Positions 50,774 to 61,725 of a stretch of 64,000 bases of DNA are shown here, one piece after another. A program made the translations under genes and the position numbers. The notes under the pieces were generated by a model that saw only the letters and a program-made list of their open reading frames with translations, made no database searches and had not been told where the DNA came from. Every line of letters starts with the position of its first letter. Positions within the stretch are counted from its first letter, which is position 1. Source of the stretch: Tolypothrix carrinoi HA7290-LM1. Its GTDB lineage: Bacteria; Cyanobacteriota; Cyanobacteriia; Cyanobacteriales; Nostocaceae. Location: positions 1 through 64,000 of the forward strand of contig JAHHIK010000030.1 in the NCBI GenBank assembly GCA_019358935.1, written 5' to 3'.

Positions 50774-51661
50774 TTATTGCTCAACAGTTTGCTGTTTACG
50801 CTTGCGAAGAGAATTGACACCAAAAGCACCAAACACAAGTAAACCAACAACCGCAGTGGGTTCAGGAACAGCTTTAGAAACACCTGCATAACGGATGTCA
50901 CCAATACCAATACCGTGACTGCCTGGATTAAAGTTTGTTGTTGTATTGGTGATATTGTCACCATCAGTAAAGATTAACTCGAAACGATCGATAGCACTAG
51001 TAAAAGTCACCCCTACAGTACCTTTATCACCGTTGTCGTTGTCTGACAGCCCATTAATTCCGTCAAGGGTATAGTCATCAACCCGGTCAACAGTACTTTT
51101 TTTGTTGGTATTGCTATAAAATCCAAATGTCGGCGTGAAGTTTGCAGCAACGACTTGATCCCCCAAAAATCCTTTCACAATGACTCTATCTTGCCAGGAC
51201 TGTTGAGAGATATCGATGTCAAACAAGTTGAAAGAAACACCTGTCAAGGAACCACCAAAACCTTTAAAACTAGTCGTCATATTCATCGAGTTATTTCCTT
51301 TTGTCAACCCGACTTGTTTAGCATCAATTTGCATATGCAGACTTTTATCGCTATTACCCTGACTACCATTGAGAACACTGCTGATAGAAGGAGTTACTCC
51401 ACTGTTCTCAAAACTTACAAACTTGACATCTTTTCCAAGTTCAAAGTTAATATCAACTGTTCCTTTGCCGGCTTGAAAGCTACCACCTGGTTTTGAGGGA
51501 TTCCAGTTCTTAATCTTATCCCAGTCTATTAAAAATTGAGGGCTTGCTGTATTAGACACTGAGGGTGTGGTAGCAGTTGCCTTGGCTGTCGTTGGTATCA
51601 ATAAAGCTCCAGCGATCGCTACCAAACATCCTACTTTAGTCAAACAAGCTTTGTTAAACAT
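50774..51661 (-). CDS. PEP-CTERM sorting-domain protein
   Basis: Signal peptide; C-terminal VPEP + TM + RKRK. Confidence 0.9.
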   Translation of the reverse strand: MFNKACLTKVGCLVAIAGALLIPTTAKATATTPSVSNTASPQFLIDWDKIKNWNPSKPGGSFQAGKGTVDINFELGKDVKFVSFENSGVTPSISSVLNGSQGNSDKSLHMQIDAKQVGLTKGNNSMNMTTSFKGFGGSLTGVSFNLFDIDISQQSWQDRVIVKGFLGDQVVAANFTPTFGFYSNTNKKSTVDRVDDYTLDGINGLSDNDNGDKGTVGVTFTSAIDRFELIFTDGDNITNTTTNFNPGSHGIGIGDIRYAGVSKAVPEPTAVVGLLVFGAFGVNSLRKRKQQTVEQ

Positions 51662-51935
51662 ATCTTTAGCTCCGTGTACATTAATGATTTCGTTCGGGTG
51701 AATTCATCTTGTCACGGCTCATCTCAGGGTGACTACCCCTTTTACAGTATCTTATTTATACTAGTATATATATTTAAATCATATTATACTTAAAGTAATT
51801 AATTATACTATTTATTACTAAGCTTTCAGATAAGAGGAAATTGACACAAATATATGTTAGGGGTTATTACATAGTGTCCGGTTAAAGATTAATAAATATA
51901 ACCCCCTCTGTGCAAGCAAAGAGGGGGTAAGGTTC

Positions 51936-52574
51936 TTACTTATTCGGCTGAGGAGTCATCCGCAGATAAGGCTTGACTTCCTCATAACCTTTGGGGAATT
52001 TCTGCTTCAGCACTTCTGGATCTTTCAGCGAGGGGACAATTACGACATCTTCGCCGTCTTTCCAGTCAGCTGGTGTGGCTACGCTGTAGTTATCAGTTAG
52101 TTGCAGTGAATCAATCACTCGCAGAATTTCATCAAAGTTGCGTCCTGTGCTGGGGGGGTAAGTGAAGCTAAGACGCAGTTTTTTATCCGGATCGATAACG
52201 AAAACCGATCGCACTGTTACGGTATTAGCAGCGTTGGGGTGGATCATATCGTAAAGGTCAGAAACTTGACGATCTGGATCTGCCAAAATTGGATAGTTAA
52301 GGGTGGTGTTTTGAGTTTCTTCGATATCTCCTACCCATCCTTTGTGGGAGTCAACATCATCAACGCTGAGGGCGATCGCTTTCACGTTGCGCTTGTCAAA
52401 TTCTGGTTTCAGTTTGGCAACTGTACCTAATTCGGTGGTGCAAACAGGTGTAAAGTCTGCGGGGTGCGAAAATAGCACTACCCAGCTATCACCTGCCCAA
52501 TCGTAAAAATTTATGTCGCCGTGTGTAGAGGCTTGCGTAAAGTTGGGTACTGTGTCACCTAGACGGAGAGTCAT
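51936..52574 (-). CDS. 1-Cys peroxiredoxin (Prx6)
   Basis: FSHPADFTPVCTTE, GRNFDEILR, ATPADW. Confidence 0.95.
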   Translation of the reverse strand: MTLRLGDTVPNFTQASTHGDINFYDWAGDSWVVLFSHPADFTPVCTTELGTVAKLKPEFDKRNVKAIALSVDDVDSHKGWVGDIEETQNTTLNYPILADPDRQVSDLYDMIHPNAANTVTVRSVFVIDPDKKLRLSFTYPPSTGRNFDEILRVIDSLQLTDNYSVATPADWKDGEDVVIVPSLKDPEVLKQKFPKGYEEVKPYLRMTPQPNK

Positions 52575-52695
52575 GTCAGATTCCCTGTGGTTATAAAGGC
52601 ATAAAGTATTGTACTATGCGATCGCCACATATAACCCCGGTTGTCCAATCGGGGTTTAGCAGTTTGCAACAAAATTTTAAGTTATGTTGTTTACC

Positions 52696-52848
52696 TCACA
52701 TCTTGCACCTAACGATTAAAATCGCGGCTACTCGAACAAAGCCTGCCTACGCAGGCTACAAAACCCTTGTTTTTCCTAAGTCCGCGTAGGCGGACTTCGT
52801 TTGTTTAGCCGCGACTTCCAGTCGTTAGGGCGGGCGTGCAAGATATGA
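52696..52848. repeat. ~150-bp palindromic MITE/REP-like element; related piece at ~36200-36255
   Basis: CATCTTGCAC...GTGCAAGATATG ends; internal GCCTGCCTACGCAGGC and AGTCCGCGTAGGCGGACT hairpins. Confidence 0.7.
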
Positions 52849-52849
52849 A

Positions 52850-54130
52850 TCAACTTACTGCTTTTGATGTCAAAATCTGATTATATGCTTGGATCGTTTG
52901 ACGAGCGATCGCTTGCCAACTGAAATTTTGCAATGCATATTCTTGGGCACGCAATCCCCGACGCCGACATTCTGCGGGGTTTTGCAAAGCTTCTCTTAAC
53001 AATTCTACAAGCGATTCTACATCTGTTGTACCCACCCACCCAGACTCACTATCGCGCACCTGATGCCAAATATGCACCTGGTCTGAGATAATTACAGGTA
53101 CTTGCGCTACCATCGCCTCAGCGACAGCAATCCCGAAATTTTCATAATACGACGGCAAGACGAATAAATCTGCGGCTTGCAGTAAAGCTGATTTTAATTC
53201 ACCCGTGACAAAACCAGTGATAGTGGTGTGCGATCGCAAAGGTGAATTTTCTATCTGCAATCTTATCTTTTCTTCATAATCTGGATCTTGAGGATTCGTT
53301 CCCGCCAAGACAAAATAAAAATTACCACCTTCGGCTAACAGCTTTTCCAAAGCCGGAATCAGTAGATTTAACCCTTTTTTCGGGTCAATTCGCGACATAA
53401 AAAGCACCAAAGGCACATTCAAGGGGATACCAAACCGACTCCGAATTGTATTTTCTTTCCCCCCCTCTCCCCCTGCTCCCCCTGCTCCCCCTGCTCCCCC
53501 TGCTCCCCCTGCTCCCCCTGCTCCCCCTGCTCCCCCCCCTCTCCCCCTCTCCCCCTCTCCTCCAGCGGGAATAACACCCAAAGGAATCACCAAATCATGC
53601 GTAGAAACTCCAAATCGTTCTGATATTTTTGCTTCCTGATCGCTGGTAAAATGAATTGCAGCTGCACCCGCTAAATTTGCCTTTTCTAAAATTGCGGCGT
53701 AAAGCTGTTTTAATTGCTTTTTCTTGCGTAAATCAGCGGGGTCGAGAGTACCCAAAGGACGCAAAATGTAAGGTAAATTTTTCTGCCGACACACAGTCGC
53801 AGCCGCACTACTTATAGGAGAGAATAAAGCATGAATATGTGCTAAGTCAAATTCATGGGCGTGATTATTTAACCACCTCAACAAATCAAGAGAAAACTTA
53901 TAGCGACGAAACGGCGAACAACGAAAGTAAATTATTTCATAACCATCTTGTTTCACCGGGCAATTTAAAGGAACATCCAAAGGTTTTTGACCAGAATCGC
54001 CATTACTATCTGTAGTGAGAATAGTAACTTTTACATTTTCTCGTGCCAATGCCGAAGATAGTCCTAATACCATTTGACTTGGACCACCGTAAATCAGAGA
54101 AATTGAAGGAACAATTTGCAGAATTCGCAT
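52850..54130 (-). CDS. hpsP: GT4 glycosyltransferase, hormogonium polysaccharide (HpsP-like)
   Basis: [19 protein letters not shown] start at 54130; [11 protein letters not shown]; cluster order. Confidence 0.8.
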   Translation of the reverse strand: MRILQIVPSISLIYGGPSQMVLGLSSALARENVKVTILTTDSNGDSGQKPLDVPLNCPVKQDGYEIIYFRCSPFRRYKFSLDLLRWLNNHAHEFDLAHIHALFSPISSAAATVCRQKNLPYILRPLGTLDPADLRKKKQLKQLYAAILEKANLAGAAAIHFTSDQEAKISERFGVSTHDLVIPLGVIPAGGEGERGRGGGAGGAGGAGGAGGAGGAGGAGGEGGKENTIRSRFGIPLNVPLVLFMSRIDPKKGLNLLIPALEKLLAEGGNFYFVLAGTNPQDPDYEEKIRLQIENSPLRSHTTITGFVTGELKSALLQAADLFVLPSYYENFGIAVAEAMVAQVPVIISDQVHIWHQVRDSESGWVGTTDVESLVELLREALQNPAECRRRGLRAQEYALQNFSWQAIARQTIQAYNQILTSKAVS

Positions 54131-54218
54131 TTTTATTAGTTGTTGGTTGTTAGGTAGAGACGTAGAGCGTGGAACGTCTGTACGGGAGTTAGGGTTTACC
54201 TGCCCGTACAATTAAATT

Positions 54219-54291
54219 TGTAGGGTGCGTTAGGCGCATAGCCGTAACGCACCAATTTAAAGCGGTGCGTTACTTCGTTAACGCACCCTAC
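54219..54291. repeat. REP-like inverted doublet
   Basis: GTAGGGTGCGTTA...TAACGCACCCTAC. Confidence 0.8.
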
Positions 54292-54293
54292 GA

Positions 54294-55469
54294 CTAACGA
54301 TTATTAACCAATTCTTTGTAGAATTCTAATTGTTGTTTTGCTAAAGCTTTATTTGTATATTGAACCATTGCTTTTTGATAACCCATTTCACCCAACTTTT
54401 CCGCAAATTCTGGCTGATCCATTAATTGCGATAAGCAATCAGCCAAAGCTTTAACATTGCCTTCCGGAAAGACTAACCCAGCATCACCAATTACATGGGG
54501 AATTTCGCCAGAGTTGGAACCAATCACCGGAACTTGACAAGCCATTGCTTCAATTAGCACATGACCAAATTGTTCTTTCCAACCAGCAGAAGTTAAGGTT
54601 TTAAATTTATAAGTTGTTTCTGAAGGCAACACCAAAGTACTCATTAAATTGATATATTTGTAAACTTCATCGTGGGGTACACTTTCCACCAAGATAATTC
54701 GGTCTTTAAAGTTGTTTTCAGCGGCTTTGTTCATTAATTCTGATTGCAACGCACCCCGCCCAATTAAAAGTAACTTCCAGGGTTTATCTTTTAAACTAGC
54801 TAAAGCATCTACAAGCGTCAGCAAGCCCTTTTCTGGGACAAAACGCCCGACAAAGCCAACCACAAATTCCCCTGGCTCAATACCCAATTTAGCCGCTAAT
54901 TCTGGTTGAGATTTGGGAGCAAATAAAGTTTCATCCACACCAAGTTGAGGCATGACTTTAATTGAACCTTTATATCCTCGTTGTCTGAGAATTTCTGCCC
55001 CATCCTGATTTCCGGAAATGATACCGTGGCTATTATTCAGGTTGTATTTTTCTAATAAAGCTGCGGGTAATTTGAGTTCGTATGGCAGATTCCACCAAGT
55101 AAAAAATATATTTTTTGCCTTTAGTCCCAATAGCTTATTTAAAGTAATCATTTGAGCGTAAGACAGTCCGCGAGAACCTTGTTCTACTTGAATGATTTGG
55201 GGGCGAAACTGTCGCAACAAAGATATTAAATCAGCGCCAAAGGTGAGAAGTCCTTGATGATTTTGACTGAAGTTAGAAATCGGAACTATTTTAAATGCAC
55301 CTTCATCGCGGTATTGCGTTTCAATAATTTTGTTTTGTACGCCTCCGGGTTTCCAGCGTTTGGGAACTACAACTGTTACTTCAATTCCCGGTTCTAGTTG
55401 AGATAAAGTGCGTAATTTCTCGCAGTTAAGGTCTACAATATAAGTGTGACTGGCAACTAAAATTTTCAT
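54294..55469 (-). CDS. hpsO: GT4 glycosyltransferase (HpsO-like)
   Basis: MKILVASHTYIVDLN; WKEQFGHVLIEAM. Confidence 0.8.
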   Translation of the reverse strand: MKILVASHTYIVDLNCEKLRTLSQLEPGIEVTVVVPKRWKPGGVQNKIIETQYRDEGAFKIVPISNFSQNHQGLLTFGADLISLLRQFRPQIIQVEQGSRGLSYAQMITLNKLLGLKAKNIFFTWWNLPYELKLPAALLEKYNLNNSHGIISGNQDGAEILRQRGYKGSIKVMPQLGVDETLFAPKSQPELAAKLGIEPGEFVVGFVGRFVPEKGLLTLVDALASLKDKPWKLLLIGRGALQSELMNKAAENNFKDRIILVESVPHDEVYKYINLMSTLVLPSETTYKFKTLTSAGWKEQFGHVLIEAMACQVPVIGSNSGEIPHVIGDAGLVFPEGNVKALADCLSQLMDQPEFAEKLGEMGYQKAMVQYTNKALAKQQLEFYKELVNNR

Positions 55470-55561
55470 TAATATTGTTGGTTGATGGTTGTTAGTTGTT
55501 AGATGATAGTTGTTAGTTGTTAGGTGGGAATGGAGAATTTTCTAGTCCCCAGTCCCTAGTT

Positions 55562-56587
55562 TTATTTGGAAGCTAAAATTTGCTCTTGTCCGACTAGAGG
55601 CAAATCGTTATAATCTTGGCGATCGCGTTGAGTGTATATTTGACCATCATTCCAAGCTGATTGAATGACTGTACCCACGGCTTTGAGAAAACCCAAAAAG
55701 TAGAAAACAGCACGGGTGACAATTTTAATCGGGGAACCGCTTTTGTGACAAGGAGGACGTCCCAGGACGTGACAATCAAATAAACGAGCGTATAAGCGTA
55801 AAGCTTGGGTAGCGGTGAGGTTTTTCAGTCCTAATAAAAAATGGTTGTGGTAGAAGGTCATTTGATATTTGAGCGATCGCATACTAATATCATGACAACC
55901 CCCCGTTTCTTCCCCTAAATGCACTAAATCAGCTTCTGGGTCATACCAAATCTTATATCCCGTCTGCCGCACGCGCAAACAAAAGTCAGATTCCTCACGC
56001 ACTGCACTACCTTTAAACCTCTCATCAAACCTCAGTCCGTACTTGGTAAAAATCTCGCGACGGAAAGACATATTACAACCCCTCGCTGTCAGCACTTGCT
56101 GGGGTTTAACTGTATGCACCAAATCAATATGATACCAAGCGATTCCTGGGTCCATTGCTTCGGGAGGTAAATATTCAATCTCCAAGTCCCCCCCAGAATC
56201 ACTCAATTTCATTCTGTCAAATACTCGCCCCGCAACGGCTCCTATTTCTGGTTTTTCTAGATAATTTTTAGCATGAGCTGCTAAAAATCCATTCTTTAAC
56301 TGTACATCATCATCAATAAATAAAATTATCTCACCTGATGAGCGCCGCACAGCATAATTACGCGCACCAGGTAAACTTGCCCAATCCAAGCGGAACCATT
56401 TAATTTTATCTGCTGCTGCTAGTTCCTCTAAATAAGCTTGAGTTTCTGGTTGGTGTTGGGGGGTTTGGTCTACAACCAAAACTTCAAAATTCGGGTAGTC
56501 TTGTTTGAGGACATCCACAAGGCTATCACGCAGCGGTTCCTCACGACCGTAGGTCGGTATAATTACGGAAATTAAAGGCAAATCCAT
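55562..56587 (-). CDS. hpsN: GT2 glycosyltransferase (HpsN-like)
   Basis: SVIIPTYGRE, FIDDD, GCNMSFRR, EESDF. Confidence 0.8.
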   Translation of the reverse strand: MDLPLISVIIPTYGREEPLRDSLVDVLKQDYPNFEVLVVDQTPQHQPETQAYLEELAAADKIKWFRLDWASLPGARNYAVRRSSGEIILFIDDDVQLKNGFLAAHAKNYLEKPEIGAVAGRVFDRMKLSDSGGDLEIEYLPPEAMDPGIAWYHIDLVHTVKPQQVLTARGCNMSFRREIFTKYGLRFDERFKGSAVREESDFCLRVRQTGYKIWYDPEADLVHLGEETGGCHDISMRSLKYQMTFYHNHFLLGLKNLTATQALRLYARLFDCHVLGRPPCHKSGSPIKIVTRAVFYFLGFLKAVGTVIQSAWNDGQIYTQRDRQDYNDLPLVGQEQILASK

Positions 56588-56776
56588 ATGAATTTTAAAT
56601 TGCTAATGGGTAATGGGTAATGGGTAATGGGTAATTGGTAATTGGTAATTGGTAGTTGGTAGTTGGTAGTTGGTAAGAGTAAGGCAGTGATGAGTGGTGA
56701 AAAAAATAAATTACTTCCCATTCCCCATTCCCCATTCCCCATTCACCATTCCCCATTCCCCATTCCCCATTCCTCA

Positions 56777-58420
56777 TTACCTCTTCTTCTTTCCCTGATT
56801 TCCTTGTGCTTGTGCCTCTAAAAGTCTTTCCTGCTTGTCTATTTCTGGCAACTTTAAAAGAATTCCAGCGGCAAACCAGTAATAAACAGCAACAGGATCG
56901 ACATCTAGAGGGTAGTAGTAAGTGTTGTAACTAATAAACAATATAAACACCCACATAGCGGCTGCGTAACTGCGGAAATTACGGTTTTTTATCAAACGGT
57001 ATGTCCGGAAGCACACGACTGTTAAAGTTGTTACCAAAGCTAAAAATGCTAATACTCCACAAATACCAATTTCATAAAGCAGTTTCGGGTAGTAGGTTTC
57101 TACCAACTTTGTTTGACCTAAAGCACGGGCAGAGTTAGTCGCTCGACCTAAACCGCTTCCGAAGGGTCCTTTTGAGTTTTTCCAATTCTCCTCGAATTGA
57201 TCGACGATAAATTGTTGAGGAGGTGATGCATTCCAGCGACTGACAAAGCTATCCGTCCTTTCTTGTACAACTGTGGGATTGCTGACTACAGCAATTGTCA
57301 GAATCAGGGCAAGTCCCATTCCTAAGGGGATAAACCGTTTGAGGTTTCCCAGTTGACCGGTAAGCAATAGTAAAAGTACGAAGCAGGTGGGGACTAAAGC
57401 TAAGGCAATTCTCTGTCCAGAAATAACTGCATTAACAAACACTGTGAATAAAGAACCTAAACCTACGATTCGCCAAAGAATTGAGGGGTCGCTAAAGCCG
57501 GTAGCAAAGGTAAAAAAGGTACTAGAAATGAGGAACCATGCCCACTGCCAAGGAGCAACAAAGGTTCCTGGTAAGCGAATCATCCCTTGACTGGGACTAT
57601 AAACTAGAGAACCGCCAATATAACATCTAGCCTCTAGTGTGGCTTTAAATAAATCAGCACCTACTGCATTTCTAGTACCTTGACATATACCTGTCAGTAG
57701 CAAAAAATACTGAAGAAAACCCAAGATACAGGAGACAAGTATTAGGACAACTTGTAAGCGCGACAAAATGAGAAAATCCCGCTTGTCACGAATCAGGTAG
57801 TAATAACAACTAATTAGGGGTAAGTAGCCTAATAATACTTTCAGTCCTAAAATACCCATGCCTAGAGGTATTTCTTTGGGTGCGTCTTGCAGTAGTCCCA
57901 CAGGAGGCGGGCTGAGTTGTTGAGCGCCATTAACAAATAGTAAAGTTATCGTGCAGGAGCCTAATAAAATATATAGTGGCGTTTTCAGGGCTTGGGGAAT
58001 CAGCAGAGGTAGTCGCCGCTTTTTAGAAAGTTGCCAAATTGAAATCAACGCTGGAATGTAGAAAGCGTCTTTGGCTAATTGAAGTATAGGACTGTTACCG
58101 ATGTAGTAAGTAATAGTACCACCCAAAGGTACGTAAACGATAAAGGCAAAAAGCGCTTGTCGGGGGTATTTGAAACAAAGAGCGATGATGATGATTCCGG
58201 CTACACCCGGAACTGCGGCTTTAATTCCGCCGACTACAGCCAGCAGAATGCCGGCAACGATCGCCACAGAAACAGCTTTGGTAAGTAAGCCGGTGAATTC
58301 TTTACGCGCTTTGGTTGCTTTGCGTTTTTGGGCTAACCTTTCTTGCAGGCTAAGAGGAGGAGTTTCTGGTTGGAAGTGCTTTTTTTTTGATCGCTTGGAT
58401 TTTTTCTTAAGTTTTAGCAT
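56777..58420 (-). CDS. hpsL: O-antigen ligase/polymerase-like membrane protein (HpsL-like)
   Basis: Start MLKLKKK at 58420; multi-[26 protein letters not shown]. Confidence 0.78.
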   Translation of the reverse strand: MLKLKKKSKRSKKKHFQPETPPLSLQERLAQKRKATKARKEFTGLLTKAVSVAIVAGILLAVVGGIKAAVPGVAGIIIIALCFKYPRQALFAFIVYVPLGGTITYYIGNSPILQLAKDAFYIPALISIWQLSKKRRLPLLIPQALKTPLYILLGSCTITLLFVNGAQQLSPPPVGLLQDAPKEIPLGMGILGLKVLLGYLPLISCYYYLIRDKRDFLILSRLQVVLILVSCILGFLQYFLLLTGICQGTRNAVGADLFKATLEARCYIGGSLVYSPSQGMIRLPGTFVAPWQWAWFLISSTFFTFATGFSDPSILWRIVGLGSLFTVFVNAVISGQRIALALVPTCFVLLLLLTGQLGNLKRFIPLGMGLALILTIAVVSNPTVVQERTDSFVSRWNASPPQQFIVDQFEENWKNSKGPFGSGLGRATNSARALGQTKLVETYYPKLLYEIGICGVLAFLALVTTLTVVCFRTYRLIKNRNFRSYAAAMWVFILFISYNTYYYPLDVDPVAVYYWFAAGILLKLPEIDKQERLLEAQAQGNQGKKKR

Positions 58421-58424
58421 CGCG

Positions 58425-58657
58425 GAATGGGTAATGGGTAATGGGGAATGGGTAATGGGGTAATGGGGCATGGGGCATGGGGGCAGGGGGGCAGGGGGCA
58501 GGGGGGCAGGGGGGCAGGGGGAGAAATATTTCTTCTTTCTTACCGATGCCCATTGCCCAATGCCCAATGCCCAATGCCCAATGCCCAATGCCCAATTCCC
58601 AATGCCCAATTCCCAATTACCAATTCCCAATTCCCAATTCCCAATTCCCAATTCCCA
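58425..58657. repeat. STRR tracts (ATGGGTA, GGGGCAG, CCCAATG, CCCAATT); similar tracts at 38290-38480, 39660-39815, 56605-56775 and 60605-60668
   Basis: Seen directly. Confidence 0.9.
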
Positions 58658-58663
58658 AATCGC

Positions 58664-60139
58664 TTATTCTGCTAGGTGTTGCTGGACTTGTGAGACTAAT
58701 TCTTTTGTCCAGTAATCAGCAACTTTTTCATTGGCAGCTTCTACCATAACTCTGATGACCGGTTCTGTACCAGAAGCGCGAACTAGTATTCTACCGGAAT
58801 CGCCCATTGCGGTTTCGGCTAAAGCGATCGCTTGTTGTACGGGTTCGCAATTTTTCCATCCCAATCGGCGATCGCGATCTACAACGCGCACGTTCTGCAA
58901 TAATTGCGGATAAGTTTCAAAGCTTTCATCTACCAGTTCTCTCAGGGAAACACCAGCTTGTTTGACTAAAGCGGCTATATGTAAAGCTGTTAATAAACCA
59001 TCGCCCGTGATACCATAATGACGGCACAATATGTGACCGGATTGTTCGCCGCCTAGCATTGCGCCTGTTTGCAGCATTTCGGCTTGAACGTATTGATCGC
59101 CAACTGCTGTGCGAGTTAGCTTACCGCCAATTTGTTTCCAAGCTTTCTCGAAGCCTAAATTTGCCATGACGGTGGAAATTATTAAGTTATCTGGCAGTTG
59201 TTGCTTTTGTTGCAAGCTGCGTCCCCAGAGATAGAGGATGTAATCGCCGTTAACTTGCCTGCCGATATTATCTACTGCTAAGACGCGATCGGCATCGCCA
59301 TCAAAAGCAAAGCCGATGTCAGCATTATGTTCTTTGACGGTTTGGGCGAGAATATCTAGGTGAGTGGAACCGCAGTTAACGTTAATGCGAGATCCATCCG
59401 CTTCGTTATGCAAACAGATTACTTCTGCCCCCATTTCTCTGAATACTGCTGGTGCCAACTTAACAGCAGCACCCCAAGCCAAATCTAAAACAATCTTCAT
59501 TCCCTGAAGACTTACAGCATTCTCCAAAGGTTGTTGCAATGCCTCGGCATAATTTTTTATTAACTCCGGGCGCGAGTAATGCCGTCCACAATTACTAACA
59601 ATAGCAGGTAATATTGCCTTGCCGCGCAGCCCCGCTTCAATTGCTGCCTGCAACAGTTGCGGTAACTTAGCACCGTTTGCCCCAAAAATTTTAATGCCGT
59701 TGTCTTCTGGTGGGTTGTGACTGGCAGAAATCATCACTCCACCAATCGCATCACTGACGCTGACCAGATAAGCTACGGTAGGAGTTGGGCACAATCCTAA
59801 ATACCAAACCTCTATACCGGCTGCGGTTAACCCAGCACTCAAAGCCATTGCCAGCATATCGCTGGAGTTTCTCGAATCTTGCCCCAGAATTACTGGTCCA
59901 CTATTGGCAGCATGGTTACGTAAAACAATACCCGTCCAAAAACCTACTTGCAATGCTAAAGGCGCACTCAGCAATTCTCCCACTTTTCCGCGAATGCCAT
60001 CTGTACCAAACAGGGGATTTGCTGGCAGTGCGATTAAATTAGATGCAAAACTGTCTTCTATACCTTTTGTCGATGCTTCAGATTCAGTTGCTGAACCACC
60101 ACGAAAGCCGTTTTGAGTTTGAGTTATATATGAAACCAT
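58664..60139 (-). CDS. glmM: Phosphoglucosamine mutase
   Basis: [35 protein letters not shown]. Confidence 0.95.
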   Translation of the reverse strand: MVSYITQTQNGFRGGSATESEASTKGIEDSFASNLIALPANPLFGTDGIRGKVGELLSAPLALQVGFWTGIVLRNHAANSGPVILGQDSRNSSDMLAMALSAGLTAAGIEVWYLGLCPTPTVAYLVSVSDAIGGVMISASHNPPEDNGIKIFGANGAKLPQLLQAAIEAGLRGKAILPAIVSNCGRHYSRPELIKNYAEALQQPLENAVSLQGMKIVLDLAWGAAVKLAPAVFREMGAEVICLHNEADGSRINVNCGSTHLDILAQTVKEHNADIGFAFDGDADRVLAVDNIGRQVNGDYILYLWGRSLQQKQQLPDNLIISTVMANLGFEKAWKQIGGKLTRTAVGDQYVQAEMLQTGAMLGGEQSGHILCRHYGITGDGLLTALHIAALVKQAGVSLRELVDESFETYPQLLQNVRVVDRDRRLGWKNCEPVQQAIALAETAMGDSGRILVRASGTEPVIRVMVEAANEKVADYWTKELVSQVQQHLAE

Positions 60140-60530
60140 TGATTTAAACACTCCACACAGTCACACAGGAGAATAGCACTTTACAATTTCTTCAACAATT
60201 CTGACAGAATATCTTTTCATCAGGACAATATACTAGTTCCCTTGCGCCTTAAATTTATTTTGAACCAGATGTTATTACGCAATAATACTGAAAATTATTT
60301 TATAATAGTATATGTGATTATCAATATTTAATGAAGATTTTTCTTTACTTAAGTAGCGATCGCCAAAATATCTTTTTTCCTTTATCCTTTTTTCAAGTCA
60401 GTCTGTATTTGGGAAAACATGTATGAAATAATTCATATTATCTTCATTAATCTCAGTCTTTACCATGATGTAAATTTGCCGATATTTGAAAAAAGACAGA
60501 TAAAAATATCAAAAAAATTACTTTTCAAAA

Positions 60531-60586
60531 GGGACTTTCTTGACAGGGGGACTTTCTTGACAGGGGGACTTTCTTGACAGGGGGAC
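60531..60586 (+). repeat. 17-bp tandem triplication
   Basis: (GGGACTTTCTTGACAGG)x3. Confidence 0.88.
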
Positions 60587-60899
60587 AGGGTGAGAGGAAT
60601 TTTTCCCCCATGCCCAATGCCCAATGCCCCATGCCCCATGCCCCATGCCCCATTACCCATTACCCAACTCATAATTCAGACAAAAGGCGATCGCAAATTG
60701 AAACAAATCTTAAAATAATGCCGTAAATAGCTGCTGTTTACTAGAGAATTTGCCGTGTCAACTAATACAAAATGTTACGACTTAAGAAATTTTAATGAAA
60801 ATTCTCATCAATTAGCTTTACTGTAGGCTTTTAGTAGCTTTTTCGCCGTCGGTAAATCAAGACTTTGGCAGTTGACCTTTTAAAGTTGAGAAATTTAGT

Positions 60900-61616
60900 A
60901 TGAGCAGCAATTTAGCAACCAAATTGCGTGTAGGCACTAAAAAAGCCCACACAATGGCAGAGAATGTCGGTTTTGTCAAGTGCTTTTTAAAAGGAGTGGT
61001 AGAAAAAAACTCCTACCGGAAGCTAGTCGGCAACTTCTACTTTATCTATTCAGCGATGGAAGAGGAGATAGAAAAGCATCGCAATCATCCGATTGTTTCC
61101 AAAATTAACTTCCATGAGTTAAACCGCAAGCATAGCCTAGAGCAAGACTTGGCTTATTATTATGGTTCTAACTGGCGGGAGCAAATTCAATTATCCCCGG
61201 CAGGTGAAGCTTACGTACAGCGCATCCGAGAAATATCGGCTAAAGAACCGGAATTGTTAATCGCTCATTCTTACACACGTTATCTTGGCGATTTATCAGG
61301 AGGACAAATTCTGAAAAACATCGCGGTAACGGGGATGAACCTGACTGATGGGCAAGGTACTGCTTTTTATGAGTTTGCGGATATTCCGGACGAGAAAGCT
61401 TTTAAAGCGAAATATCGTTTTGCTGTGGATGAGTTGCCGATTGATGATGCTACGGCAGATCGCATTGTCGATGAAGCAAACGCGGCTTTTGGCATGAACA
61501 TGAAAATGTTCCAAGAGTTAGAAGGTAATTTGATTAAAGCGATCGGTTTGATGCTGTTTAATAGTTTGACACGGCGTCGCACTCGTGGTAGTACAGAATT
61601 GGCTACTGCTGAGTAA
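60900..61616 (+). CDS. ho1: Heme oxygenase (biliverdin-producing)
   Basis: GTKKAHTMAENVGF, AHSYTRYLGDLSGGQ, AFGMN. Confidence 0.94.
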   Translation: MSSNLATKLRVGTKKAHTMAENVGFVKCFLKGVVEKNSYRKLVGNFYFIYSAMEEEIEKHRNHPIVSKINFHELNRKHSLEQDLAYYYGSNWREQIQLSPAGEAYVQRIREISAKEPELLIAHSYTRYLGDLSGGQILKNIAVTGMNLTDGQGTAFYEFADIPDEKAFKAKYRFAVDELPIDDATADRIVDEANAAFGMNMKMFQELEGNLIKAIGLMLFNSLTRRRTRGSTELATAE

Positions 61617-61725
61617 TTGCTGCAAACAAAGAAATAAGTAAAGTTGAGGGGCGATATCCTTGAGATTACCTGTAGTATATACAGGCAACCACAAGGCGAT
61701 CGCCCCTAAATTTGTCTAGTTGATT

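Noticed and set aside
54131..54211. N-terminal extension of hpsP
   Set aside because: Derived from a palindromic repeat; the GT4 fold starts at MRILQ (54130).
58421..58749. N-terminal extension of hpsL and overlapping small ORFs
   Set aside because: Translated heptamer repeats; the credible start is 58420.
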